DNA of 64,000 bases, from the NCBI GenBank assembly GCA_045641145.1, contig JAZUGJ010000073.1, forward strand, positions 12,846 through 76,845, in the 5' to 3' direction. Shown in pieces: positions 1-8,298 of the stretch. Under the pieces are notes generated by a model that ran no database searches, had not been told where the DNA came from, and was given only the letters and a program-made list of their open reading frames with translations. The stretch's first letter is position 1, and each line of letters opens with the position of its first letter. The translations under genes and the position numbers were made by a program. This DNA comes from Paludibacteraceae bacterium (lineage in GTDB: Bacteria; Bacteroidota; Bacteroidia; Bacteroidales; Paludibacteraceae).

Positions 1-146
1 TCCGTTATACTGCGGTCAGCATCGTGGACTTCGTTGTAACCGCCGCAGTCATCATCGGCTCTTGCTCCGCATTTGCCGTGCTTGCCAACGCCATCGTCAA
101 CATGGTTGTGGGATAAGCCACACGCCCCGCAAGGGGCGGGAAAGGA

Positions 147-587
147 ATGATAATGGTTATTGACACAGAAAACGCAGAGCTTCGCCGCCAGTGCTATGAG
201 CGTGGACTTACTTCTGGTGAAGCCTCCGTTGTGTGCGGGTGTTCCGTCCCCGCATATCGCAAGTGGGTGCATAAGCACATAACAAACGCCAGTCCCGTTC
301 GCAAAAACAGCAGGAATGCGGAGTTCGTGGAACAGGTCAGAAAGCTGTCTGCACAGTTTTTCTGCGATACCGAGATAGCAGAGATGCTTGACTGCACCAA
401 GGACGAGATATACAATATCAGGGCTTGCAAGGGCATCAAAGCCGTATCCATCGGGAGTAAAAGGTTATCGCCCGTCCGTGAAACGATAAAGCACCGTGGA
501 GAAACGGCTGTGACCGATTTTGATAAAGGCTTTGTACAGGGAATGAGATACGCTCTTGAGCTTATCGCCACCTGTCCTACGAGGTGA
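147..587 (+). CDS. hypothetical early protein with two HTH-like segments
   Basis: 146-aa ORF after a GC hairpin at 121-137, with a GAAAGGA RBS. The start could be ATG 147 or 153. Segments GEASVVCGCSVPAYRKW and DTEIAEMLDCTKDEIYNI look like helix-turn-helix. Confidence 0.45.
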   Translation: MIMVIDTENAELRRQCYERGLTSGEASVVCGCSVPAYRKWVHKHITNASPVRKNSRNAEFVEQVRKLSAQFFCDTEIAEMLDCTKDEIYNIRACKGIKAVSIGSKRLSPVRETIKHRGETAVTDFDKGFVQGMRYALELIATCPTR

Positions 588-880
588 GTATGGTTTTCTA
601 TACACTATACGAAACGGAGATACATTGCAATCTGACAACCACAAAGCGTGAGATAGTGGATAAGATAGACGATGCCCTGTTCCACATGGTAGGGACATAC
701 AGTTCAGACGAACAGGCAATCGCCTATCTCAACTCCTTGCCTGAAAGGGCATTATCAAGAATCGTCCCAGAAACAGGAAGCCTGTTTGTCAAAGCGTTTC
801 GGTTAGACCGCACGATACAGGATGATGAATATTTCACCGAAGAGCCTATCCTGTGGACTGTCGGACAGTATCCATTGTAA
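584..880 (+). CDS. hypothetical protein
   Basis: 98-aa ORF overlapping the previous stop. The likely ATG is at 590, after GAGGTGAG. No recognisable motif. Confidence 0.4.
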   Translation: MSMVFYTLYETEIHCNLTTTKREIVDKIDDALFHMVGTYSSDEQAIAYLNSLPERALSRIVPETGSLFVKAFRLDRTIQDDEYFTEEPILWTVGQYPL

Positions 881-928
881 CGGAGCGCAACAAAAATGGG
901 ATGCGCCGTTAAGCGCACCCCGTAATAA

Positions 929-1192
929 TCATCTGTGCTTTTCGCCTCTGCAAAACTGGCTGTAAGTCGCACCAACAAAATGCCCAACCGATAAACGGGC
1001 TATATCACGGATAAGGGCTTCGTCTACCCGTCCCAGCCCGTCCGCCTCATAAGTCTTACCGTACCAGTTTCTGCCGCCGTCTGGTGTTTCCCAGAGCGTG
1101 TAGCTACTGTAATAGTACTCTTCAAAACAATCTTCACGCTCGATATAATACATTCTCCACGGTGTGGTGACTTTTCTTTTCTCGTATGCCAT
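929..1192 (-). CDS. hypothetical protein
   Basis: Minus ORF. ATG at 1192 is preceded by GAAAGGGGG. Begins MAYEKRKVTTPW. Has its own promoter at 1233-1261. Confidence 0.45.
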   Translation of the reverse strand: MAYEKRKVTTPWRMYYIEREDCFEEYYYSSYTLWETPDGGRNWYGKTYEADGLGRVDEALIRDIARLSVGHFVGATYSQFCRGEKHR

Positions 1193-1232
1193 GCTATACA
1201 CCCCCTTTCCTGTGGTATCCGGGTACTCTTAA

Positions 1233-1261
1233 ATTATACCAGTCAAATGTCACTCTGTCAA
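1233..1261 (-). promoter_or_regulatory. sigma70-type promoter with extended -10
   Basis: The minus strand reads TTGACA-17 nt-(TGG)TATAAT, about 40 nt upstream of ATG 1192. Confidence 0.6.
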
Positions 1262-1325
1262 TATTTAATTTGCAATTCTGCAAATATTTTTACAAGAGCT
1301 ATTTGGGGGATTTTGCAAAAAAGAG

Positions 1326-1354
1326 TTGACGGGCGAAACTGCAAGGGCTATACT
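1326..1354 (+). promoter_or_regulatory. sigma70-type promoter
   Basis: TTGACG (1326-1331), 17-nt spacer, TATACT (1349-1354). Lies upstream of CDS 1397 and is divergent from the 1233-1261 promoter. Confidence 0.55.
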
Positions 1355-1396
1355 ACCAGATAGGATGAAGAGATTACTTCTGAAAAAGGGAGAACT

Positions 1397-2269
1397 ATGT
1401 TTTACGAAAACTTATGCGAGTATAATCCCAACTCTTGGGAAGACCTTGATAACGCCGTAGCTCGTGTTATATGGCTTCTGGAGCGGAACTTCTGTTTGTG
1501 CAAAGCTATCCGACACGCTACAGGCAGAAAGATGTACAGTATATACAGTCGTACCGACCTTGAGAAACTGCTTGCCAATAACGACATCATCAAGACCATT
1601 GATGCCGTCCGAAGATTTAATGAAAATGACGTGGTTGTGTGTTCCGACTCAAGGCTGTTTGGCGAGTCATATCTGTACGCTATGGACTTCCTGTACTCTG
1701 CCGCCAGAAGAGACTTTGTGTATTTTCAATCTGCTGTGGGCGTGGTGAACGAGGAACTTGAACTGCCGACCTTGGCAGTGTTCTGCGATAAGAGGTGGAC
1801 TGCTGATGCCATTGCGGGCTTCGCAAAAAACGGGCATGGCATAGCCAGTCGGCTGAACGGCACAAAGCCATCAACCCAAGACCCCGCTTCAAAGCCAGAT
1901 TTTCATGATGCCACTTTCTGTATCCTGCGTCTGCTCGAACAGAAATCGTGCGCTTGCCGCCTGTACAGATGGATGACAGGCGAGGGATGGTACGACCTAA
2001 CAAACGAGGACGATATCAGAGCATTGCTGACCTACTATCCACCTATAGAGGTAATCAACACCCTGCGAGCAGAGCGCAACCCGTATTATAATATTATTGT
2101 AGCTACGCCAGATGCCAGTTTCCGACCGGAGTCCTCTGTGGTATACCACCTGTACAAAGCTATATATAAAGACTTTGATAAGTTTCGTACGGAACTTGGA
2201 TACCTCAATCTGGACTTAAACGAAACATATATAACGGACTATCTGGCTATATGGAAAGCTATCCCGTAA
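1397..2269 (+). CDS. hypothetical protein with an internally duplicated Cys-x-Cys module
   Basis: 290-aa ORF with a GGGAGAA RBS. Two similar segments are present: LLERNFCLCKAIRHATGRKMYSIYSRTDLEKLL and LLEQKSCACRLYRWMTGEGWYDLTNEDDIRALL. Confidence 0.55.
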   Translation: MFYENLCEYNPNSWEDLDNAVARVIWLLERNFCLCKAIRHATGRKMYSIYSRTDLEKLLANNDIIKTIDAVRRFNENDVVVCSDSRLFGESYLYAMDFLYSAARRDFVYFQSAVGVVNEELELPTLAVFCDKRWTADAIAGFAKNGHGIASRLNGTKPSTQDPASKPDFHDATFCILRLLEQKSCACRLYRWMTGEGWYDLTNEDDIRALLTYYPPIEVINTLRAERNPYYNIIVATPDASFRPESSVVYHLYKAIYKDFDKFRTELGYLNLDLNETYITDYLAIWKAIP

Positions 2270-2353
2270 GCTGTACCCTCTCCGCATAGAGAGGGTACAC
2301 TTTTCATGTCGTTTTGTTTGTTGTAAAAAAATTATATTTTTTAAAATTAGTAC

Positions 2354-2382
2354 TTGACATATGGGGGATATGGTGGTACTAT
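2354..2382 (+). promoter_or_regulatory. sigma70-type promoter with extended -10
   Basis: TTGACA (2354-2359), 17 nt, TGGTACTAT (-10 at 2377-2382). The ORF-track start at 2354 is inside this promoter. Confidence 0.7.
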
Positions 2383-2434
2383 GTACCTGTACCCGATAAC
2401 ACCTTATCTTCTGATTATAGAAAGGAACTTACCT

Positions 2435-2905
2435 ATGAACACTTACAACCTGTCTGACCTGAACCCCAACCTGACCACCGTCAACCCCACCTCTGCCGAA
2501 GACCTGAATGTGGTGGTGAGCGAAATCTCCCACTTCATGGAACGGAACGGCATTACCTGCCGCTTCCTGCGTGAGAAGTACAGCCTCGAGGTGTACGATA
2601 TCCACAATGGGTTGGATATGCGTGTGGCGATGGAAGCCCACGGCTACGCCGATACTTGCCTGTGGATTGCCCGTATCTGTAGCGAGTACAACCCCGCCAA
2701 TTTGGAACGCAAGGGCAGAGTCTTCACCAAGTTCACCGATGACGATGCAGAGGACGCTCTGTGGGACTTCGCCCGCACCGACTGGCGCAAGTTCGCCCAC
2801 AAGCTGAGCCAGTTCGCCACGGATAATGACCTGCCCGAACTGGTGGAAACCCTCGCCGTTGAGTGGACGGCTGAAGCCATTGCGGAGTACGAGTACGCCG
2901 AGTAA
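2435..2905 (+). CDS. uncharacterized early protein, paralog family 1, copy A
   Basis: ATG 2435 after an AAAGGA RBS. 156 aa. Shares the layout SxEDLxxVVSEI...CRFLRxxY...YDI...DW.KF...W..EAIAEY with ORFs 3481, 17783(-) and, in shorter form, 3063. Confidence 0.6.
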   Translation: MNTYNLSDLNPNLTTVNPTSAEDLNVVVSEISHFMERNGITCRFLREKYSLEVYDIHNGLDMRVAMEAHGYADTCLWIARICSEYNPANLERKGRVFTKFTDDDAEDALWDFARTDWRKFAHKLSQFATDNDLPELVETLAVEWTAEAIAEYEYAE

Positions 2906-2988
2906 CTGTACTCCCCTCCCCCGTCTGTACGATGTATGGGCGGGGGAATTTATCCCGCAAAAAAGTTTTACATTTTTCTAAAAAACTC

Positions 2989-3017
2989 TTGACATATAGA
3001 AGAACCTGTGTTATTAT
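2989..3017 (+). promoter_or_regulatory. sigma70-type promoter with extended -10
   Basis: AAAAAACTC-TTGACA (2989-2994), 17 nt, TGTTATTAT (-10 at 3012-3017). The same upstream AAAAAACTCTTGACATA string occurs at 33583-33599. Confidence 0.7.
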
Positions 3018-3062
3018 ACACTTGTACCTTAAATAAATCGACTCACAAAGGAGAGCTTAACT

Positions 3063-3416
3063 ATGTATCTGTTTAACAACCCGTCCGCCGCCAACCTCGC
3101 ATCCGTCTCCGACCTCGAAGAGGTCGTGAGGGAAGCCGCCGCCGTCATGTCCGCCTTGGGCGTGAGCAAGCCCTTTCTGCAGGAGTGCTACGGCATCACC
3201 CTTTCCCCCTACGCTTTCTACTCCGACATCGCACAGGCGGTGGTCGATGCCGCCCGTTCCACCAACTACGACAGGTTCGCATTGAACCTGTACGGCTTCC
3301 TCTGCCGCTGTGCAGAAGAAGAAACCATCGGCTGGAGAATTGTCTCTGGCATCATGGACGGCGTGAACCTCAGATGGCACATGGATGTCATTGTCGAGTT
3401 CTGCGGCGGTCTGTGA
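3063..3416 (+). CDS. uncharacterized early protein, paralog family 1, copy B (short)
   Basis: 117-aa ORF with an AAAGGAGAG RBS. The N-terminus MYLFNNPSAANLASVSDLEEVV parallels MYLLNNLKAIDTTSVEDLEEVV of the next gene. Confidence 0.55.
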   Translation: MYLFNNPSAANLASVSDLEEVVREAAAVMSALGVSKPFLQECYGITLSPYAFYSDIAQAVVDAARSTNYDRFALNLYGFLCRCAEEETIGWRIVSGIMDGVNLRWHMDVIVEFCGGL

Positions 3417-3419
3417 GCC

Positions 3420-3461
3420 GTGCGCCCCGTCCGTACAATGTATGGGCGTGTGGATTAAAAC
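3420..3461 (+). repeat. solitary type I-C-like CRISPR repeat, degenerate with an enlarged loop, sense to the operon
   Basis: GTGCGCCCC-gtccgtacaatgtat-GGGCGTGTGGATTAAAAC. The 3' 18 nt match the array repeats at 17/18. Ends 19 nt before ATG 3481. Confidence 0.6.
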
Positions 3462-3480
3462 AAACAAAAAAGGAGAAGCC

Positions 3481-3954
3481 ATGTATCTGCTGAACAACTT
3501 AAAAGCAATCGACACCACTTCTGTCGAAGACCTTGAAGAGGTTGTGTCCGAGATTGCGGAGTGCATGAACCAGAACCACCTCGCTTGCCGTTTCCTGCGT
3601 GGTTGGTACGGTATCTCTGCGTTTGATATCGACCACGACCCCGATGTCATTGCTCTTATGAGCATAGGCGGTTACGGCAAGAGTGCAAGAGCAATCGCCG
3701 CCCTCTGCGACTGCTTCGGTCATCACGCTATGTGGTATGACGGAGATTTTCGCCGTGCTACCAATGACGAAATCGAAAGAGAAGTGTACGACATCGCCCG
3801 TTCTGATTGGGACAAGTTCTACCAGAATGTCTTCTCTTTCTTTGATGCCGTCATGCAACAGACCGAGATGGACTTTTCCACCATTTCCGCTATTCTGGAA
3901 GCCATCAGCCTTGATTGGACGGTGGAAGTGCTTGCCAAATTCTGCGGCAAGTAA
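3481..3954 (+). CDS. uncharacterized early protein, paralog family 1, copy C
   Basis: ATG 3481 after AAAGGAGAAG. 157 aa. Family motifs present: VEDLEEVVSEIAECM, CRFLRGWYGISAFDI, DWDKF, WTVEVLAKFCG. Confidence 0.6.
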   Translation: MYLLNNLKAIDTTSVEDLEEVVSEIAECMNQNHLACRFLRGWYGISAFDIDHDPDVIALMSIGGYGKSARAIAALCDCFGHHAMWYDGDFRRATNDEIEREVYDIARSDWDKFYQNVFSFFDAVMQQTEMDFSTISAILEAISLDWTVEVLAKFCGK

Positions 3955-3971
3955 TATTGTACAAGGTCTTC

Positions 3972-4004
3972 GTCACACCCCACATGGGGTGCGTAGATTA
4001 AAAT
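3972..4004 (+). repeat. solitary type I-C-like CRISPR repeat, sense to the operon
   Basis: GTCACACCCCACATGGGGTGCGTAGATTAAAAT (33 nt). Near-identical to array repeat 24609-24641 read on the minus strand. Ends 20 nt before ATG 4025. Confidence 0.8.
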
Positions 4005-4024
4005 ATACGGAGAGGAGAAAGCGT

Positions 4025-4309
4025 ATGCTGATTATTCCTGAATGGGTGCTGACCGTCCTGCCCGAACACGAACTTGTGGAGCGTACCGTGTTCTGCGGTC
4101 TGTACGAAGTAACGCACGGCGGCAATTGGGCAGACCCCGCCGACCTCACCGAGACCAGAAAGTGGACTCGCCTTACCGCCTACGGCATCCGTGATGTCGC
4201 ACAGGAGCTGGTGGAAACTGGTCTTGTGGAGAAATTTCCGCACCCCGAAACCAAGTACAGGGTTAATGTGCAAGCCGTCACAGAAGCCCTCGATAGAAAG
4301 GAGCAGTAA
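4025..4309 (+). CDS. small winged-helix-like DNA-binding protein (hypothetical)
   Basis: ATG 4025 after GGAGAGGAGAAA. 94 aa. The segment TAYGIRDVAQELVETGLVEKF is HTH-like. Confidence 0.5.
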   Translation: MLIIPEWVLTVLPEHELVERTVFCGLYEVTHGGNWADPADLTETRKWTRLTAYGIRDVAQELVETGLVEKFPHPETKYRVNVQAVTEALDRKEQ

Positions 4310-5088
4310 TGGTAGGAGTTAATTCAGCGGACGGGTTACGGCTCGACCTTGCGGTAAAAGACTCACGGAGCGACTTCCTGTGCGCTCTGGATGCGGTTCT
4401 GGACGGATTGTGGCAATCGAAAAACCTGTGCAAGGCATACCGCTTTGTGTTTTCGGAAAGTCGCACACAGTATTACGAACCTCGACTTTGGGAAGATATG
4501 GTAGTACTGTGCGAAAGGGTATATGCCCCGTGGTTACTGCACGACTTGCGGAACTATGACCCGAAAACCTGCTCTTTGATTTCTGTGAAAAGAAATTCAG
4601 AGACCAACAGCACTTACAGATGTGTTTCCGTAGATGATGTAAAACACGCTTTTGCAAACAATCTTCTGGTCAGCTACGATGCTTACAAGACTTTTTTACG
4701 GACTATCCAAAGAGATGATATGCATAATCCAGATGCTGTTGCGTTTGCAAATTTCGGATGGGACTATCATGTCATAGTGAACAATCAAGACTTTCTGGAT
4801 GCGTCCAAGGTTCTTTTTATTCCGAACTGGGCAAACAAGCTATCTCTTGACCCCGTGCAGAATATCGTGTTAGCTTACATCTACGATATAACAGTTGACG
4901 GCGGTTCTGTCTGCAACGATGACTATAGCTATATTCTGGACTGGTTCAGCGATAAAACAGAAGCCGATATCGGCAAAGCAGTAGAACAGCTTGCGGAGCG
5001 CAATCTCGTCACCGTTGTGGAGCGTGGTGACAGAACGGCGTATATTGCTCACAAGACGGAAATCAATCGGAAGTTAGGCGAGGGATAA
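4309..5088 (+). CDS. hypothetical protein with an N-terminal Cys module related to ORF 1397 and a C-terminal wHTH-like region
   Basis: TAATG overlap with the previous gene. LWQSKNLCKAYRFVFSESRTQYY resembles the duplicated module of 1397-2269. The C-terminal KAVEQLAERNLVTVVERGDR is wHTH-like. Confidence 0.5.
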   Translation: MVGVNSADGLRLDLAVKDSRSDFLCALDAVLDGLWQSKNLCKAYRFVFSESRTQYYEPRLWEDMVVLCERVYAPWLLHDLRNYDPKTCSLISVKRNSETNSTYRCVSVDDVKHAFANNLLVSYDAYKTFLRTIQRDDMHNPDAVAFANFGWDYHVIVNNQDFLDASKVLFIPNWANKLSLDPVQNIVLAYIYDITVDGGSVCNDDYSYILDWFSDKTEADIGKAVEQLAERNLVTVVERGDRTAYIAHKTEINRKLGEG

Positions 5089-5089
5089 G

Positions 5090-5971
5090 ATGCTACAGAT
5101 TTCGTACCAGATAAAAACCGCCCTCGGTCTGACCTTGCAAGAAGCGATTGTATTTTCCATAATCCACCAGTCGTGTGAAGCTGGTGATGACTACAAAATC
5201 GGAGAAGACCTTACCCGATGGTTTGACGGAGCAGACCTCACGGATACCTTTTCAGCCCTCGTAAACCACGGGCATATACGGAAGATTAAAAAGGATGTAT
5301 ACCGCTCCACACGCCACGCCAGAACCCTTATAAATAGGGTATTAGAAGAACAGGCAAAGGCACAGAACCCGCCCCCTAAAGTTGCTGTGAAAGCAAGAAA
5401 AAGCCGCACCTTAGAAGACGAAATTTCTGAAGACTTCAAAAAATGGTGGGATGCATATCCCCGCAAGGTATCAAAGCGAGAAGCGTGGAACAGGTACAAG
5501 ACCATCGTGAAGAACAAAGAAATGTCCGAGGGCGACCTGTTACTTGCGGCAAAGATGTATGCCTATGAGTGCGAGAAGAAACACACAGAAGAAGACTTCA
5601 TAAAGCACCCCGCAACTTTCCTGTCAGCAAAGGATAGATACTTTGAAGAGTATCTTGAAATGTACCGCCGCATAAAGAGCAAGACAAAAAAAGCACCGTC
5701 AGCACCAAGTGCCAACGGCGACCACCCTGCATATAACGGCGGCAGATTGCTCACAAGTGACGGTGGGCAAATATCCCACTTCCGTATCACGGCAAACGAC
5801 ATCGTTATCCCCATTCTGGTAAGCGGAGTTGAAAGTTCTGAACACTATACCGCTCACAACGGCATTTTCCAAACCCCAGACGGATTTGTCTGGTATCGTT
5901 CTCCCTCTTTCGGGAAAACGATAAAAGCCAGAAGCGTGGAAGAAGCAAAGGCAATAGCAGACCAATACTAA
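5090..5971 (+). CDS. putative replication-organizer / DNA-binding protein
   Basis: N-terminal wHTH-like region (LTLQEAIVFSIIHQ...LVNHGHIRK). The central motif DFKKWWDAYPRKVSKREAWNRY is common in phage replication-associated proteins. This is recalled from memory, not searched. Confidence 0.4.
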   Translation: MLQISYQIKTALGLTLQEAIVFSIIHQSCEAGDDYKIGEDLTRWFDGADLTDTFSALVNHGHIRKIKKDVYRSTRHARTLINRVLEEQAKAQNPPPKVAVKARKSRTLEDEISEDFKKWWDAYPRKVSKREAWNRYKTIVKNKEMSEGDLLLAAKMYAYECEKKHTEEDFIKHPATFLSAKDRYFEEYLEMYRRIKSKTKKAPSAPSANGDHPAYNGGRLLTSDGGQISHFRITANDIVIPILVSGVESSEHYTAHNGIFQTPDGFVWYRSPSFGKTIKARSVEEAKAIADQY

Positions 5972-6075
5972 AGCCCCAATATAGCGCACACAGCGGCTTG
6001 TAAGAGCGTTTTATCCAAAGGGTATACTGATATACCCAAACAGGGAAAACCTCTCACAGAGCCGCTGTGCGTTTG

Positions 6076-7080
6076 TTAGGCGTATTTAATTGTGTTATCC
6101 AAAGTATTCTTGTACTTCAGAACATTTTTCCACGGAGTAGGAATACCCCTAAAGCCGTAATATATCCCTGCGATACTTCCTGCGACTGCACATCGCACGG
6201 TAGTAGTTTCGCCGAGATTAGCCAACTTCAGCATGGTTTCATCATATTCCTTACCGTTGCACAAGCCCCACATGATGGAAGCCATCATATCCACAACGCC
6301 GCCGCCATTTGGAATATGGGACATAGGCTTATGGGACAGAACATCCAAGTCGTTCTGGAAACGCCGACTTGCGTTGCGGAGCGCAATATCCGTAGCAGAT
6401 TGATAATAGCGGATAGCGTTATCCAGCCCCTCTTGCAGTAGCTTGTTCATAGGAACGGAAACTCTGTCATTCAGAGTGGCATCCCTTGCGAACACGACCT
6501 CTTTGATGCAGAAGTAGATTATCCCGCAAGCCACCTTTGTTTCCGGGGTATCGTTCGTGAGGGAAGCAACGCTGTGTACAAGCTCTATTGCATCCTTATC
6601 GTATGCTCCCGTTTCAATGGCGTACATACACACAGGTACAATTCTTGATAATGCGCCGCCGTCATCGAGCTTTGTTCCGCAATACTTTGCGTTCTTTCTG
6701 CCGTAACGATAGTCGTCAATCGACTTGTCGCAGGACTTCGGAAGTTCCACGACCTTGCCGTTGATAGCATACTTCCCGAAAGTCATAAAATTAACATAGC
6801 ACGACATGACATGGTCAAGGTTGACCTCGTGCTTTGTTACGATACTATCCGTAGTTGCCAGAGCAAGGCTGGTAGCCGATGACCAAGTACCCTCTGGAAA
6901 GCGGTTGTATGTTCCGTACCCGCTCATGGTAAGAATGGGACGGCGCATCAAATCGCCCCGTCTGTAACGGCTGGCAGGAAGTGCGAGTGCATCTCCGACT
7001 GCCATGCCATAGATAGCGTCACGCCACAGTACTCTAAAGCCAATCCTGTCCCTCTGGGTTTCAAAAGCGTGTGGTTTCAT
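6076..7080 (-). CDS. ADP-ribosylglycohydrolase family protein
   Basis: ATG 7080 after AAGAGG. N-terminal motif IYGMAVGDALALPAS. C-terminal motif LGETTTVRCAVAGSIAGIYYGFRGIPTPW, where the usual GGDTDT is replaced by GETTTV. Confidence 0.75.
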   Translation of the reverse strand: MKPHAFETQRDRIGFRVLWRDAIYGMAVGDALALPASRYRRGDLMRRPILTMSGYGTYNRFPEGTWSSATSLALATTDSIVTKHEVNLDHVMSCYVNFMTFGKYAINGKVVELPKSCDKSIDDYRYGRKNAKYCGTKLDDGGALSRIVPVCMYAIETGAYDKDAIELVHSVASLTNDTPETKVACGIIYFCIKEVVFARDATLNDRVSVPMNKLLQEGLDNAIRYYQSATDIALRNASRRFQNDLDVLSHKPMSHIPNGGGVVDMMASIMWGLCNGKEYDETMLKLANLGETTTVRCAVAGSIAGIYYGFRGIPTPWKNVLKYKNTLDNTIKYA

Positions 7081-7090
7081 AGTATACCTC

Positions 7091-7492
7091 TTACTTCCTG
7101 CCGCACCCGCCGTGAGGGTCACGATAACAACAGCAAGCACACTTGTCGCTATCATCCACTTCACCGTTATCGCCGTTCACATCATACTCCAACGGCTCTG
7201 GCATCGGCATCCAAGACATCACTTCATCTGGTGATATTCCAAGACTGTATGTACCCTCGGTTTCGTGGCAACAACGGATGCAGTAGGTATATACCCCACA
7301 ACAGAATGTGTGGTCATTATCACTCTCCGCCGCCTTGAAGCCGTAAAACTTTCCGGGCATCACGATAAATTTCCCCGCCCTCTTGAGCGTGAACAAAACC
7401 CACTCATCGGACGGCGGCTGACTTTCTGTAATCAAAGTCCAAGAAAGTGTCCTTTCCCGAACCAGTTCAGATAACTCTGGCATTTGCCGCAT
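7091..7492 (-). CDS. DUF551-like phage protein with a Cys-rich insert
   Basis: 133 aa. Contains ...SWMPMPEPLE, the hallmark W-M-P-x-P-E-P of DUF551-type proteins, plus several CC/CxxC clusters. Confidence 0.5.
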   Translation of the reverse strand: MRQMPELSELVRERTLSWTLITESQPPSDEWVLFTLKRAGKFIVMPGKFYGFKAAESDNDHTFCCGVYTYCIRCCHETEGTYSLGISPDEVMSWMPMPEPLEYDVNGDNGEVDDSDKCACCCYRDPHGGCGRK

Positions 7493-7499
7493 CCCCTTT

Positions 7500-7889
7500 T
7501 TATTCTTCTTCTGTATCCGTTATGATATGGAAGTCACACTCATCTGTGTGACACAAAACAATAAACGGGCATTTATCGGGACAGGTATCCATAACTTCTT
7601 CATTATCAAAGTCCTCTGGAAACTCTGCGCCATCCTGCTCTTTCTTCTCAAGGTATTCCGTGTAGTACTCACAGCACACCTCTTGAAACATCTCTTTTGC
7701 GCACCGCAGACCGAGATAAAAGCCTCGTGCCTCTACAATATCCTCATCGTTAAGTGTATTGTTTGTATATTGTTCTAATAAAGAAAGCACCCGCCGTGCG
7801 GTTTTTTCTTCTTTGATTGTTTCAGATAGTCTACGGGAAAATTCCAATGCGGTAATTCCGTAGGCATCATCGAGATATATATATCCCAC
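7500..7889 (-). CDS. hypothetical acidic protein
   Basis: 129-aa ORF tightly packed in the operon. No recognised motif. Confidence 0.5.
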   Translation of the reverse strand: MGYIYLDDAYGITALEFSRRLSETIKEEKTARRVLSLLEQYTNNTLNDEDIVEARGFYLGLRCAKEMFQEVCCEYYTEYLEKKEQDGAEFPEDFDNEEVMDTCPDKCPFIVLCHTDECDFHIITDTEEE

Positions 7890-7891
7890 GG

Positions 7892-8107
7892 TCAGAAGTC
7901 CTCGTCAGTATAACTATCCTCTGGTATTTCGTATGCCACAGGCATCTCTTTCAGTATCTGCATGGAACGCAGAAGACCGATAGCTTTTCCGATACTTTCG
8001 GCACAGCTTTCCGCATCTTCTATGTTTTCGCTGGCATCGCAGAGATTACCAACGCATTCCTCTTTAATAGCGTCCAAGCAATCGTATAGTTCGACCATTC
8101 TACTCAT
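7892..8107 (-). CDS. hypothetical protein
   Basis: 71-aa ORF packed 2 nt from the next gene. Confidence 0.45.
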   Translation of the reverse strand: MSRMVELYDCLDAIKEECVGNLCDASENIEDAESCAESIGKAIGLLRSMQILKEMPVAYEIPEDSYTDEDF

Positions 8108-8292
8108 CGCCTTTCGTCAATAATGTCTTGTACTATGTCCAAAGCCGAGTCATAGCCAGACAACTCCCCATCTCGAATTGACGCAGTAATAAAATCGCCG
8201 TCATCGTACCTTTTCTTGATGTCCAAGTCCTCACATTGCTCGATTTCGCCCTTGATAATATCCACGAAATCATCAACATTTATCATAGGCAT
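8104..8292 (-). CDS. hypothetical small protein, tandem paralog set
   Basis: 62 aa with an ATGA overlap. Shares an overall pattern (....GY..A.D.I) with 8299-8508 and 8539-8712. Confidence 0.45.
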   Translation of the reverse strand: MPMINVDDFVDIIKGEIEQCEDLDIKKRYDDGDFITASIRDGELSGYDSALDIVQDIIDERR

Positions 8293-8298
8293 TGGCTG

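Noticed and set aside
2435-3954. The idea that paralog family 1 is ArdA-type antirestriction protein.
   Set aside because: The proteins are acidic and early, but I cannot align them to the ArdA motifs I remember. They are left as uncharacterized.
5984-6074. Nested inverted repeats (10-bp outer stem 5989-5998/6060-6069, inner stem 6020-6026/6031-6037) between convergent genes.
   Set aside because: This is most simply a bidirectional terminator or insulator structure at the plus/minus operon junction. Nothing suggests a distinct RNA gene.
7081-7164. N-terminal 28-aa hydrophobic extension of the ADP-ribosylglycohydrolase ORF, a possible signal peptide or TM segment.
   Set aside because: It overlaps the end of the upstream gene (stop at 7091). 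ATG 7080 has a good AAGAGG RBS, and the family is normally cytoplasmic.
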